The position numbers were made by a program, and so were the translations under genes. Below the pieces are notes generated by a model. That model had not been told where the DNA came from. It did no database searches and saw nothing but the letters and a program-made list of their open reading frames with translations. This document shows, in pieces, positions 18,540 through 28,739 of a DNA stretch of 64,000 nucleotides; within the stretch, counting starts at the first letter, position 1, and each line of letters starts with the position of its first letter. The stretch is from Rhodospirillales bacterium (GTDB taxonomy: Bacteria > Pseudomonadota > Alphaproteobacteria > Bin95): the NCBI GenBank assembly GCA_038143065.1, contig JAYQLI010000035.1, positions 1,504,894 to 1,568,893 on the forward strand. The letters run 5' to 3'.

Positions 18540-19823
18540 ATGTCAGAACAAGGGTCACAAGATTTACGTGCATCCCCCTCAACTTCAGCATCTAAAGGTG
18601 GGGTACCGATTGGCTTCATGATTTTTTGCGGAGCCGTGATAGCGCTTGTTTCTATGGGTGTCAGAAACATGACACCGCTTTGGCAGGCACCAATGCTTCA
18701 GGACCTCGGTTGGTCCAGCGGTAATTTCACGATCGCCATTGCAACCCAAAACCTCATTTGGGGAGCCTTATCCCCTGTTTTCGGTGGCTTGGCAGATCGT
18801 TATGGGGCTCCGAGAGTTCTGGTTTTTGGCGCCCTTCTCCAAATTGCCGGACTGTGGGTCATGTCTATGGCTAATGAACCGACGATTTTCTTCCTATCTG
18901 CAGGTCTGATGATAGGAACAGCACAAGCGGCTGCTGGAATGGGTATAGTGCTAGGGGCAATCGGTAGGCTTGTGGATGAGAGCAAACGGACCATCGCATT
19001 TGGTTTAATAACTTCCGCCTCTTCAGCAGGCATGATCATCTTAACACCTATTGGGCGGACGCTCCTTGAAACACAGGGATGGTCAGCAGCTTTCCTAGCA
19101 GTCGCCGTATTAACTCTGCCAATGCTAATTCTAGCACCCTTCATTGGACGTAAGCGCAATGATGGCGAACCCACCACTGCTGCTGTTGCCCATCAAACGG
19201 TTGGATCGGCACTAACTGAAGCTCTGAAACACAAAGGCTACATATTACTTACAATTGGCTTTTTCGTATGTGGATTTCACGTCACTTTTGTTGGAGCTCA
19301 CTTCTCCAATTATCTCGAATCAGAAGGCCTTGGCTGGCAGCTCGGGGCAACTGCCCTCATGATCATTGGCGTATTTAATGTTGTTTCCTGCCTTGGGGTA
19401 GGCGTAATTGTAAGCTTCTTAAGTAAAAAAGGCGTACTTTCTGTTATTTATTTTGGCCGAGCAGCTTTAGTGGGCGCATTTCTTCTGTTCCCAGTAACCG
19501 AATGGTCTGTCTATATTTTTTCAGCAGTACTAGGAATTCTGTGGCTATCAACCGTCCCTCCGACCCAAGGCCTGGTTGCTCAACTATTCGGCACACAATA
19601 CATGACTATGCTCTTTGGCGTTGTCTTTTTCAGTCACCAAATAGGAAGTTTCCTTGGGGCATGGCTGGGAGCATTGGCATTCGACCACCTTGGAAGCTAC
19701 GATGTGATCTGGTTGGCATCGATTGGACTTGGAATTTTGTCAGGGGTCTGTCATCTATTTATAGATGAAAGACCAGTGGATAGGTTACGGGTTAAAACTC
19801 CTGCAGCCACCCCCGCCGAATAG
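18540..19823 (+). CDS. MFS transporter
   Basis: 12 TM segments, GGLADRYG motif A, GFFVCGFHV, LFGVVFFSHQIGSFLG. Confidence 0.92.
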   Translation: MSEQGSQDLRASPSTSASKGGVPIGFMIFCGAVIALVSMGVRNMTPLWQAPMLQDLGWSSGNFTIAIATQNLIWGALSPVFGGLADRYGAPRVLVFGALLQIAGLWVMSMANEPTIFFLSAGLMIGTAQAAAGMGIVLGAIGRLVDESKRTIAFGLITSASSAGMIILTPIGRTLLETQGWSAAFLAVAVLTLPMLILAPFIGRKRNDGEPTTAAVAHQTVGSALTEALKHKGYILLTIGFFVCGFHVTFVGAHFSNYLESEGLGWQLGATALMIIGVFNVVSCLGVGVIVSFLSKKGVLSVIYFGRAALVGAFLLFPVTEWSVYIFSAVLGILWLSTVPPTQGLVAQLFGTQYMTMLFGVVFFSHQIGSFLGAWLGALAFDHLGSYDVIWLASIGLGILSGVCHLFIDERPVDRLRVKTPAATPAE

Positions 19824-19834
19824 AGGGAAAGATT

Positions 19835-20355
19835 ATGGTCGAAGCTGCAGACGCCGGCTGGAAGGACCAGCTGTATGATTCCATTAAAACTTTAAAGATT
19901 TCTCAAGTGGTGTATGTGCCGGTCGCTGGGCACGCAAAGCTTATTGATCGTTGCTTAGCAGATCCGGAAATAGATTGTTTTCCATTAGTGAACGAATTTG
20001 AGTCTGTTGGGGTTTGCGTTGGCGCATGGCTAGGTGGCCAGCGCTCCTGCGTACTGATGCAATCAAGTGGAATTGGCAATGCAATTAATGCGCTTGGCCT
20101 AGTCCATTCCACCGGCGCTCCTTTTTTGCTATCGCAACCATGCGAGGTGAATGGGGCGAGTTTAACGGGTGGCAAACACCGATGGGTCAGTCGATTCCTC
20201 GAATGCTCGAAGCTGCCAATATCGTAGTTAACAGGGCAGAAACTCCTGCCGACGTCATCCCAGTCACTGAGGCAAGCGGCAGATTAGCGTTTAATTCATA
20301 TCTACCCGTGTTCACGCTTATTTCTCAGCGCGCCACTGGCGCTAAAGTATTTTAG
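19835..20355 (+). CDS. Sulfopyruvate/phosphonopyruvate decarboxylase-like N-terminal (alpha) subunit; frameshift at T run 20122-20127
   Basis: GAWLGGQRSCVLMQSSGIGNAINAL joins ATMRGEWGEFNGWQTPMG after adding one T. Confidence 0.85.
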
Positions 20356-20367
20356 GAGGCGCCAAAT

Positions 20368-20973
20368 ATGACCACGGGATCGCAAAACCGACTTGAGCGC
20401 CGCGGAGCTGTTCACCGTCTCCTCGCAGAACGCAGCCCCGATCTTCTGATTGTTGCTGGATTGGGCTCTGCAATTTGGGATGCCGAAACAGCAGGCGAAA
20501 CGCCTTTAAATTTCTATCTTCTTGGAGCGATGGGCAGTGCGACACCAACTGCCCTTGGGCTCGCTACAGCTCAACCAAACAAGCGTGTTGTTGCATTAGT
20601 TGGTGATGCTGAGCTTGCAATGGGCATGTGGGCTCTAGCAACTATCGGATGGCGTAAACCGGATAATCTGTCGGTTGTCTGCTTAGACAATGGTCGCTTT
20701 GGCGAAACAGGAGGACAGATCAGTCATACTGGCGTAAACCTTGATTTGGCTGGAGTTGCGGCTGCATCAGGCTTCCAAACCGTGCGAAGAGTTAATGACG
20801 ATGCTGGGATTGATGAACTGCGCGACCTGGTGATGAATGGGCCAGGACCAGTCTTCGGCTTAGTAGAGATCACCGCAAACATGCCTCCTGTTCAGATGCC
20901 TATCAGAAATGGCGTCATTGGTATGGCGCGTTTCCGAGAAGCTTTGTTGGGACCTGAAGCGTTAAAAGAATAA
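20368..20973 (+). CDS. TPP-binding C-terminal (beta) subunit, ComE-like
   Basis: NFYLLGAMG, GDAE...LDNGRFGETGGQ TPP/Mg motif. Confidence 0.85.
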   Translation: MTTGSQNRLERRGAVHRLLAERSPDLLIVAGLGSAIWDAETAGETPLNFYLLGAMGSATPTALGLATAQPNKRVVALVGDAELAMGMWALATIGWRKPDNLSVVCLDNGRFGETGGQISHTGVNLDLAGVAAASGFQTVRRVNDDAGIDELRDLVMNGPGPVFGLVEITANMPPVQMPIRNGVIGMARFREALLGPEALKE

Positions 20974-21094
20974 CGACAGTTGCTTTTGCTGGTTATGCGG
21001 CTCTTATGAGCAACCAATCTGTTACGCCCCGTCAGCTAACACTGCGTGCCAGACCCGAAATTGCCAGAGTATAAAATTATTTTCCAAGGACCCA

Positions 21095-22312
21095 ATGATG
21101 GAAACATCTATGCCAGCAATGCCTATGGCCGGTACGAGAGTACTTGATATAGCGACCTTCATCGCAGCGCCCATGGCTGCAGCTATTTTGGGTGAGTTCG
21201 GAGCTGATGTCATAAAAATTGAACAGCCTGGAGCTGGTGATCCCTGGAGACGTTACGGAACAAAATCTCAACGCGATGATTCAACCTTAGCTTGGCTTAC
21301 TGAGGCACGGAACAAGCGCTCTTTGACGCTAAACCTCAAATCATCTGAGGGAGCAGAGATATTCAAGCGCCTTGTAGCGGAAGCAGACGTCGTAACTGAA
21401 AACTTTCGCCCAGGCACCTTAGAAAAATGGGGCCTAGGGTATGATGTACTATCCAAAATAAATCCAAAAATTATCCTGATGCGCGTTTCTGGTTACGGCC
21501 AAACAGGGCCTTATAAAACTCGGCCTGGGTTCGCAAGGATCGCTCACGCCTTTGGAGGGCTTACACATCTTGCAGGAATGCCTGATGGACCTCCTGTTAC
21601 GCCAGGTTCAACCTCACTCGGCGACTACATGACCGGCATGTACGGAGCTATTGGAATTCTGCTTGCGTTAAAAGAACGAGACAGATCAGGCAAAGGCCAA
21701 GAAATTGACCTAGCACTTTATGAAAGCGTTTTTCGTGCTCTTGACGAGCTGGCACCAGCTTACGCAGCCACAGGATTTGTGCGTGGCCGGGAAGGAATAA
21801 GTACAGTTAATGCATGTCCCCATGGTCACTTTCAATGTGGCGACGGCAGATGGGTTGCAATTGCCTGCACCTCCGACAAGATGTTCGAACGTTTAGCTCG
21901 TGCCATGGGGAAGGAGGAACTTTCTTCACCCGACACATATGCCTCCTCAGCCCAGCGCTTAGCTGACAGGGATACAGTAGAAGGCCTCGTCTCAAAGTGG
22001 ACAGGGTCAATGGCGAGAGAAGAGGTCATAGAAATCTGCGTGGAAAATGAAGTTCCAATAGGAGCTGTCAACGCGATAAACGAAATCTTCGATGACCCGC
22101 ACTTTCAGGCGCGCGGCAATCTAGAAACAATCAGCGACCCTGAGGCAGGACAAGTTACCATTCCTGCCGTCATCCCTAGGCTTTCCCGCACACCGGGAAA
22201 GGTCATAAACTTGGGTCCCGCACTTGGAAATGCAAACAAAAGCGTGCTTGAAGACCTTCTGGGCTTTAGTGCCGAGCAAGTACTAGAATTGAAATCGAAA
22301 GGAGTAGTTTAG
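21095..22312 (+). CDS. Family III (CaiB/BaiF) CoA-transferase
   Basis: FGADVIKIE, RNKRS, ENFRPG, SGYGQTGP, catalytic Asp in SLGDY. Confidence 0.93.
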   Translation: MMETSMPAMPMAGTRVLDIATFIAAPMAAAILGEFGADVIKIEQPGAGDPWRRYGTKSQRDDSTLAWLTEARNKRSLTLNLKSSEGAEIFKRLVAEADVVTENFRPGTLEKWGLGYDVLSKINPKIILMRVSGYGQTGPYKTRPGFARIAHAFGGLTHLAGMPDGPPVTPGSTSLGDYMTGMYGAIGILLALKERDRSGKGQEIDLALYESVFRALDELAPAYAATGFVRGREGISTVNACPHGHFQCGDGRWVAIACTSDKMFERLARAMGKEELSSPDTYASSAQRLADRDTVEGLVSKWTGSMAREEVIEICVENEVPIGAVNAINEIFDDPHFQARGNLETISDPEAGQVTIPAVIPRLSRTPGKVINLGPALGNANKSVLEDLLGFSAEQVLELKSKGVV

Positions 22313-22319
22313 AGCGTAA

Positions 22320-23955
22320 TCAAAGATCTTTCGCACGCTCTCGCAAAACAAACTTTTGCACCTTTCCAGTAGAGGTCTTGGGCAGTGGCCCGAAAACCAC
22401 ACGCTTTGGGACTTTAAAACTAGCCATATTATCGCGGCAAAATTGAATGACTTCAGCCTCTGAAGGTTCTTCTGCTCCATCTTTTATCTCTAAAAATGCA
22501 CATGGGGTTTCGCCCCAGCGCTCATCTGGTCGCGCAACAACAGCTGCCTCCGCTACCGCAGGATGGCGGTAAAGTGTCTGTTCGACCTCCACTGAAGAGA
22601 TATTTTCTCCACCTGAGATAATAATATCTTTGGAGCGATCTTTGAGGGCAATATAACCATCATCGTGCATGACCCCAAGGTCGCCGGAATGAAACCAGCC
22701 ATCTTTGAAGGCTGCATCGGTCGAGCCAGGGTTTTTAGGTAGCCCTTCATGACGATGTTACCACGCATCATTACTTCGGCGATTGTTTCGCCGTCGTCAG
22801 GAACGACATACATTGTTTCAGGATCACGCACGCTCAAATCATCTAGTGCTGCGTAACGAACTCCCTGCCTAGCCTTTACAGCGGCCTTATCAGCAGGCGC
22901 AAGCTCATTCCATTCATCATGCCATGCGCAAACCACACTTGGACCATAGGTTTCCGTTAGACCGTAAACATGAAGAACGTCAAAGCCTTCTCTTTCCATT
23001 GCTTCAAGCGTAGATGGCGGCGGTGGAGCCGCAGCCGTCATTACTTTGACAACATGATCGAAGGGCTTTTTTTCTGATGCCTTTGCATTGGCTATCAGGT
23101 TCAGAACGATTGGAGCTCCGCACATGTGATCCACTTTGTGCTTGGCTATCGCGTCAAAAATTGCACCTGCACGAACCTGTCTCAAGCACACATTCACCCC
23201 AGCCTGTAAGGCCATTGCCCATGGAAAACACCAGCCGTTACAGTGGAACATTGGAAGTGTCCAAAGATAAACGGGGTGCTGAGGCATAGACCACGTCAGA
23301 GCATTGCACATTGAATTCAAATAGGCGCCGCGATGAGAGTAAACTACGCCCTTTGGATCACCCGTAGTACCAGAAGTGTAATTTAGAGAAATTGCGTCCC
23401 ACTCGTCAGCTGGGGCACGGTACGGGTAGTTTTCATCTCCCAACGCTAAAAACGCTTCGAAATCCATCTCCCCAATACAACTTCCGGGGCCTTCAAACTC
23501 TGGATCATCAATATCAATAACGAATGGCTGAGCCTTAGCTTTTTCAGAGCTCCTGCCATCGTTTCTGAAAATTCGCGATCCACAAACACCGCGCTTGCTT
23601 CACCGTGATCTAGGATGAAGCCAATAATTTCTGCATCAAGCCGCGTATTAATAGTGTTAATAACAGCACCAGTGAGAGGAACCCCGAAATGCAGTTCCAT
23701 CATTTCAGGTGTATTAGCGGCAAGGACAGCTACAGTGTCGCCTTTTCCGATACCTCTCTTAACCAGTGCATCAGCCAGTTTGTGACACCGCGCACGGGTT
23801 TCTCCCCAGGTCCTCTCTAATGCTCCATGAATGACAGCAGTCTTATTTGGAAAAGTCCAAGCTGCACGCTCTAAAAATTGCAGGGGCGACAGGGGCTCGA
23901 AATTAGCAGGATTGCGATCGAGGTGAAGGTCGTAAGGGCTAGGGGATTTTGGCAT
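22320..23955 (-). CDS. Acyl-CoA synthetase (AMP-forming, DmdB/AAE-like); frameshifts at 23540-23544 and 22732-22736
   Basis: [57 protein letters not shown]; adding one A at each run joins the three ORFs. Confidence 0.92.
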
Positions 23956-24145
23956 AGCTGATGGTTCGCTTTGAAACTATGGACGAGTCGATAGTTTAGC
24001 AAAATTCGAACTCGTAAGGTCAAGAAACAGGAGGGCTTTCGAGTTCTAATAGGAAAGCTGATGAGATCCAGTGGAACTAAGGGTATGCTACATACAAACT
24101 GACCACGCCTGGCACTTTAATCACTAAACACCAAAAACTCCCGAG

Positions 24146-24352
24146 TCATGATTTTTTTGTATTTACACACTGCTGCCCGCGTCGCTTTAATTCTTTATTA
24201 ATTGCCAATTGTTCGCTGTGTTCGATTTTAGCAGGGGGCGCTATCACACTGCAAAGAAATGCAGTTGGGATTTCCTTCATAGGCCTTTCATTATAGGACT
24301 CAGCGTACGCAGAAGTCACAAACAGAGCGCTTATAATTAACAGAACTCGCAC
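24146..24352 (-). CDS. Small secreted hypothetical protein, 68 aa, two Cys
   Basis: GGAGG RBS, GTG start, signal peptide MRVLLIISALFVTSAYA, C-terminal ELKRRGQQC. Confidence 0.6.
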   Translation of the reverse strand: MRVLLIISALFVTSAYAESYNERPMKEIPTAFLCSVIAPPAKIEHSEQLAINKELKRRGQQCVNTKKS

Positions 24353-24531
24353 CCGTCCCTCCATCCATATGAATGATGGGAAGAGTGTAGGTCTTAGGAA
24401 TAGAAGAATCAAATTTCGCAGAAAATAGCAGGATCGTTGCAGGCTTTGCCTTTCCAGTTACTTTGATCTTTTCTGTTAATGTTTAATGTTAGAATTCCCG
24501 CAGAATTGTTACTTTGCCTCTAATCCAGCGA

Positions 24532-25170
24532 TTAATGCTTGAATAAATCTTCAATCGATGGGGCTTTCTTTGCATCATCTTCTGATGTGGAGGAAGCTTC
24601 CATCCTTGCACGATCTTTGGCCTCTAGAGATTCCCGCTCTTCACTTGAGAGCTTGGAGCGCGCTTTTTCAACAGCAGTTGATAAATCCATATAGGTGCAA
24701 AGCCCAAGGTCAACCGGATGCCGTGCGTGGATATTGGCGCTATTCCAATGTGTACGATCACGAACCGCGGCTATCGTCGTTTTGGTTGTTCCTATAAGAC
24801 GCACAATTTGAGAGTCCGCGAGCTCAGAATGATTTCGAACAATCCAAGCAATGCCATCAGGTTTATCCTGACGCTTCGCTACAGGTGTATAGCGTGGCCC
24901 CTTTGTCCGTTCTGCGGCACGCGGAACATCGAGCTTAGAGAGCATCAATTTTTTTGACGGATCTTCCTCACATGCCTTTATTAATTCTCGTGAAAGCTCA
25001 CCGGAAGCAAGTGGATCACGGCCCTTGATACCTTGACCAATATCACCATCAGCCAGTGCCTGTACTTCTAACGGGTGCAAGCTACAAAACTCACCAACCT
25101 GCTCAAAGGTCAGCGTAGTGTTATCGATTAACCAGACTGCAGTCGCCTGAGGCATTAATGGACCGGGCAT
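24532..25170 (-). CDS. trcR: DUF1013 cell-cycle transcription regulator TrcR
   Basis: PLMPQATAVWLIDNTTLTF, KGPRYTPVAKRQDKPD, RDRTHWN. Confidence 0.92.
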   Translation of the reverse strand: MPGPLMPQATAVWLIDNTTLTFEQVGEFCSLHPLEVQALADGDIGQGIKGRDPLASGELSRELIKACEEDPSKKLMLSKLDVPRAAERTKGPRYTPVAKRQDKPDGIAWIVRNHSELADSQIVRLIGTTKTTIAAVRDRTHWNSANIHARHPVDLGLCTYMDLSTAVEKARSKLSSEERESLEAKDRARMEASSTSEDDAKKAPSIEDLFKH

Positions 25171-25391
25171 CAGGTAGGCACTCCTTCTTGGAGAGGTAAG
25201 ATTTTAAAAACAGCTACTTCCATACACCACGAATAGGACGCGATGTAAGGCTAATCACTGAACCGAAGTTATGAGATTCGCCTAGTTATGGCGATTGCCG
25301 CAGAAAAATCAAAGGCTTTTACAATTCAATCCCCGTTTTCCACTCGTTTAAACAAAAAAGTGACATTGCGCCCAACGTCCCTACAAGTAGA

Positions 25392-26888
25392 GTGCAGACC
25401 ATGAATGACGCACTCGAAATAGCTTCAATTTCACCTTCCGCTTCCGGAGAGATAACGCCTGCTCGTTCGCTTCCCGCTGACGTTGAAGTGGAAATGGCGC
25501 TGCTTGGCACTCTCCTGGTGAACAACAGTGCATTCGATCGAGTTGCAGACATAATTGACGCTGATTCATTCGCCGATTCTGCTCATCAAAGAATATTTTC
25601 AGCAATGCAGCGTCTGGTCGAGGCCGGCCGCCAGGCAACCCCAACAACGCTACGCCGCCAATTTGAAAACGATGAAACGTTATCAGACCTTGGTGGGGCC
25701 AGATACCTAGCAGAATTAGCTGCAGGCGCCGCTAATATAATTGATGCTGCAGACTACGCCCGACTTGTGCATGATCTGCACATACGCCGACAGCTTATTG
25801 AAATTGGCACAGACACCGTCAACGAAGCTTATGGGGCAGACCCCGATTTAGACGGTGAAGTCCTAATTGAAACTACTGAACAGCGCCTCTTCGAGTTGGC
25901 GGAAACTGGAAAAGTGGATGCCGGGTTTCAGTCTTTCAGCAATACCTTGGCTGCTGCGATCGAAATGGCAGAAAGTGCATTTGCGCGCGAGGGCAAATTA
26001 ACCGGCACCCCCACAGGTTTTCGCCGTCTCAATGAACTTCTTGGAGGTCTTCAAAAGTCAGATCTCTTAATCCTCGCTGGCAGGCCGGGTATGGGAAAGA
26101 GTTCACTTGCAGTCAACATCGCCTTCAACGCCGCAAAGGCGCAAGTTTTAGATGGCGAAAAGCAGCGCGGGCACGTGGTTGCTCTTTTTTCCTTAGAGAT
26201 GTCGTCGGAGCAGCTTGCTCTTCGTATCCTTGCCGAAGAGACGGGGGTGCCGTCTGATAAGATAAGAAGAGGCGAGATTGATCAGCATGACTTTGACAAG
26301 GTTTTCCAGGCGTCAGAAGATCTAGCTCGGCTTGGTATTTTCATGGATGACACTCCAGCAATAAGCATTACGTCTTTACGAACACGAGCCAGGCGCCTTC
26401 TACGCACTGAAAAACGATTAGACCTTATCGTTGTAGATTATCTACAGCTAATGCAGCCGCCACGAACAGTCCGTACTGACAATCGCGTGCAGGAAATCTC
26501 TGAGATTACGCGTGGTCTTAAGGCTATTGCCAAGGAATTAAACGTTCCTGTTCTGGCTCTATCCCAGCTTTCAAGGGCGGTCGAACAACGGGAAGATAAA
26601 CGTCCTCAGCTTGCTGATCTTCGAGAGTCGGGTTCTATTGAACAAGACGCTGATGTAGTGATGTTTATCTACCGTGATGACTACTATCTGCAACGCAAAG
26701 AACCGCCTGAAGGTTCTGAGGAACATGTACAATGGCAGTCCGAAATGGAGCGTGTGCATGGAAAAGCCGAAGTTATAATTGCTAAGCAAAGGCATGGACC
26801 AACAGATAAGGTTGAACTAGCATTCGATGGCGCTAGGACTAAGTTTAGTGATCTTGAAACCCATGGCGGCGACTATCCTGACTTCTAA
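25392..26888 (+). CDS. dnaB: Replicative DNA helicase
   Basis: AGRPGMGKS, FSLEMS, VDYLQL, LSQLSR, DLRESGSIEQDAD; no intein. Confidence 0.97.
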   Translation: MQTMNDALEIASISPSASGEITPARSLPADVEVEMALLGTLLVNNSAFDRVADIIDADSFADSAHQRIFSAMQRLVEAGRQATPTTLRRQFENDETLSDLGGARYLAELAAGAANIIDAADYARLVHDLHIRRQLIEIGTDTVNEAYGADPDLDGEVLIETTEQRLFELAETGKVDAGFQSFSNTLAAAIEMAESAFAREGKLTGTPTGFRRLNELLGGLQKSDLLILAGRPGMGKSSLAVNIAFNAAKAQVLDGEKQRGHVVALFSLEMSSEQLALRILAEETGVPSDKIRRGEIDQHDFDKVFQASEDLARLGIFMDDTPAISITSLRTRARRLLRTEKRLDLIVVDYLQLMQPPRTVRTDNRVQEISEITRGLKAIAKELNVPVLALSQLSRAVEQREDKRPQLADLRESGSIEQDADVVMFIYRDDYYLQRKEPPEGSEEHVQWQSEMERVHGKAEVIIAKQRHGPTDKVELAFDGARTKFSDLETHGGDYPDF

Positions 26889-27969
26889 TCAAGCGTCCGG
26901 TGTTCTCACCGTTGACCTTGCCGCCATTCAAGCGAATTGGAAATTACTTGCTAGCCTATCAAATCCTGCAGAGACAGGGGCGGTAGTAAAGTCAAATGCC
27001 TACGGCCTTGGCGTTACTCAAGTGGCAAAATCTCTTTGGGAAATTGGCGCTCGACGTTTCTATGTTGCACAAATTGATGAAGGCATAGAACTAAGGCAAA
27101 TATTGCCACATGCGCAAATTGTTGTTCTATCCCCCATGTTACCAGAGGGACTTGAAGCGGCTAGTGCTGCTGAACTTGTAGTTACGCTCAACAATGAAGA
27201 GGCGCTGAGCTATTGGAGGGAAGCAACCAATCTTCCTGAAGCTAATATTCACTTCGATACTGGAATTACACGGCTGGGATTTGATGACACATCGATAGAC
27301 GGAATGTGGCGCGACTTGAGCTCTGAAGAACAATCGAAAGTCGAGGAATTTTCAAGCCATTTGGCCTGTGCTGATGAACCTTCCCATCAAATTAACAAAA
27401 TTCAACTCAATCGTTTTGAAAAGGCAACTAGCGGACTACCTTCAGCTATGCGCAGAAGCCTTGCCAACTCAAGTGGTGTTTTCATGGGAGGATCATTTCT
27501 CCAGAACTCTGTCAGACCAGGTATGGCACTTTATGGCCTCAACCCAACTCCAGATAAACTCAACCCAATGCAGCGTGCAGTAACACTAAATGTGCGGATC
27601 CTTCAGATCCGACGATTAACGCGACAAGAAAGTGTCGGGTATGGAGCGACTGCAATAGCTAAAGCGGGCTCTTTGATAGCTACGCTAGGTGCAGGATATG
27701 CTGACGGACTAGCTCGATCTTTAAGTGGAGTAGGCAGTGTCTTCATTTGTAATGAACCAGCGCCTATCATAGGGCGAGTATCAATGGATTTGATTGCGGT
27801 TGACGTGAGCCACATACCCGAACGATTGCTGGATAAAACTACCTACGCAGAGATCATAGGCGAGAAACAGTCAGCTGATGAACTCGCAACCTCTGGTGGC
27901 ACCATTGGTTATGAAATTCTCACGAGTATTGGCCGCCGTTACGCCCGTATTTATAAAGGCGCAATATGA
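26863..27969 (+). CDS. alr: Alanine racemase
   Basis: AVVKSNAYG (PLP Lys), SHLACAD, VGYG, GRVSMD, TIGYEILT. Confidence 0.95.
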   Translation: MAATILTSNQASGVLTVDLAAIQANWKLLASLSNPAETGAVVKSNAYGLGVTQVAKSLWEIGARRFYVAQIDEGIELRQILPHAQIVVLSPMLPEGLEAASAAELVVTLNNEEALSYWREATNLPEANIHFDTGITRLGFDDTSIDGMWRDLSSEEQSKVEEFSSHLACADEPSHQINKIQLNRFEKATSGLPSAMRRSLANSSGVFMGGSFLQNSVRPGMALYGLNPTPDKLNPMQRAVTLNVRILQIRRLTRQESVGYGATAIAKAGSLIATLGAGYADGLARSLSGVGSVFICNEPAPIIGRVSMDLIAVDVSHIPERLLDKTTYAEIIGEKQSADELATSGGTIGYEILTSIGRRYARIYKGAI

Positions 27970-28739
27970 GGCTACTTTCCGGAATAGGCAGCGTTGTACT
28001 AAATTTTCTAGCAGCTACAGGACGCGTGGCAGTTTTCGCTGGTAGTGGCCTTTCGCATTGTCTTCGCCCTCCTTTTCATGGCAAGCAAATACTTCGCCAG
28101 TTGATAGAAGTTGGTTTCTACTGCTTACCTGTAGTTGCACTCACAACACTGTTTTCCGGCATGGTGCTTGCACTTCAAAGCTACACTGGCTTTGCTCGGT
28201 TTTCTGCCGAAAGCGCGGTTGCTAATGTGGTTGTTCTTTCCATGACACGTGAGCTCGCCCCGGTATTAGCCGGCCTAATGGTTGCAGGTCGCATCGGAGC
28301 GTCAATGGCTGCCGAAATTGGAACCATGCGCGTTACAGAACAGATCGATGCACTTTCAACACTCTCGACGCATCCAATGAAATATCTAGTTGTTCCGAGA
28401 ATAATTGCCGGCTTAACCATGCTTCCCATTCTGGTGCTCATAGGGGATATCATAGGAGTGATGGGCGGCTATCTTGTCGGTGTATACAGGCTTGGGTTCA
28501 ATGCCGTTGGATACATTGAGCAAACTTGGAACTTTATTGAAACTTTGGATGTAGTTTCGGGGTTGGTTAAAGCTGCAGTCTTTGGTTTTATTGTGACACT
28601 CATGGGTTGTTACCACGGATATATGAGCCGCGGGGGAGCGCAGGGAGTTGGAATAGCAACCACCAACGCTGTTGTCTCTTCTGCTATTCTAATCCTGGTA
28701 GCAAATTACGTAATTACCGAGAGCTTCTTCTCCAAATGA
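27966..28739 (+). CDS. mlaE: MlaE lipid-asymmetry ABC permease
   Basis: RELAPVL, AAEIGTMRVTEQIDAL, GAQGVG.ATT. Confidence 0.95.
   Translation: MRLLSGIGSVVLNFLAATGRVAVFAGSGLSHCLRPPFHGKQILRQLIEVGFYCLPVVALTTLFSGMVLALQSYTGFARFSAESAVANVVVLSMTRELAPVLAGLMVAGRIGASMAAEIGTMRVTEQIDALSTLSTHPMKYLVVPRIIAGLTMLPILVLIGDIIGVMGGYLVGVYRLGFNAVGYIEQTWNFIETLDVVSGLVKAAVFGFIVTLMGCYHGYMSRGGAQGVGIATTNAVVSSAILILVANYVITESFFSK

Noticed and set aside
24465-24495. TTAA-rich tract as a CtrA box
   Set aside because: Spacing does not match TTAA-N7-TTAA
25392-26888. Intein or insertion in DnaB
   Set aside because: Length (498 aa) and motif spacing are normal
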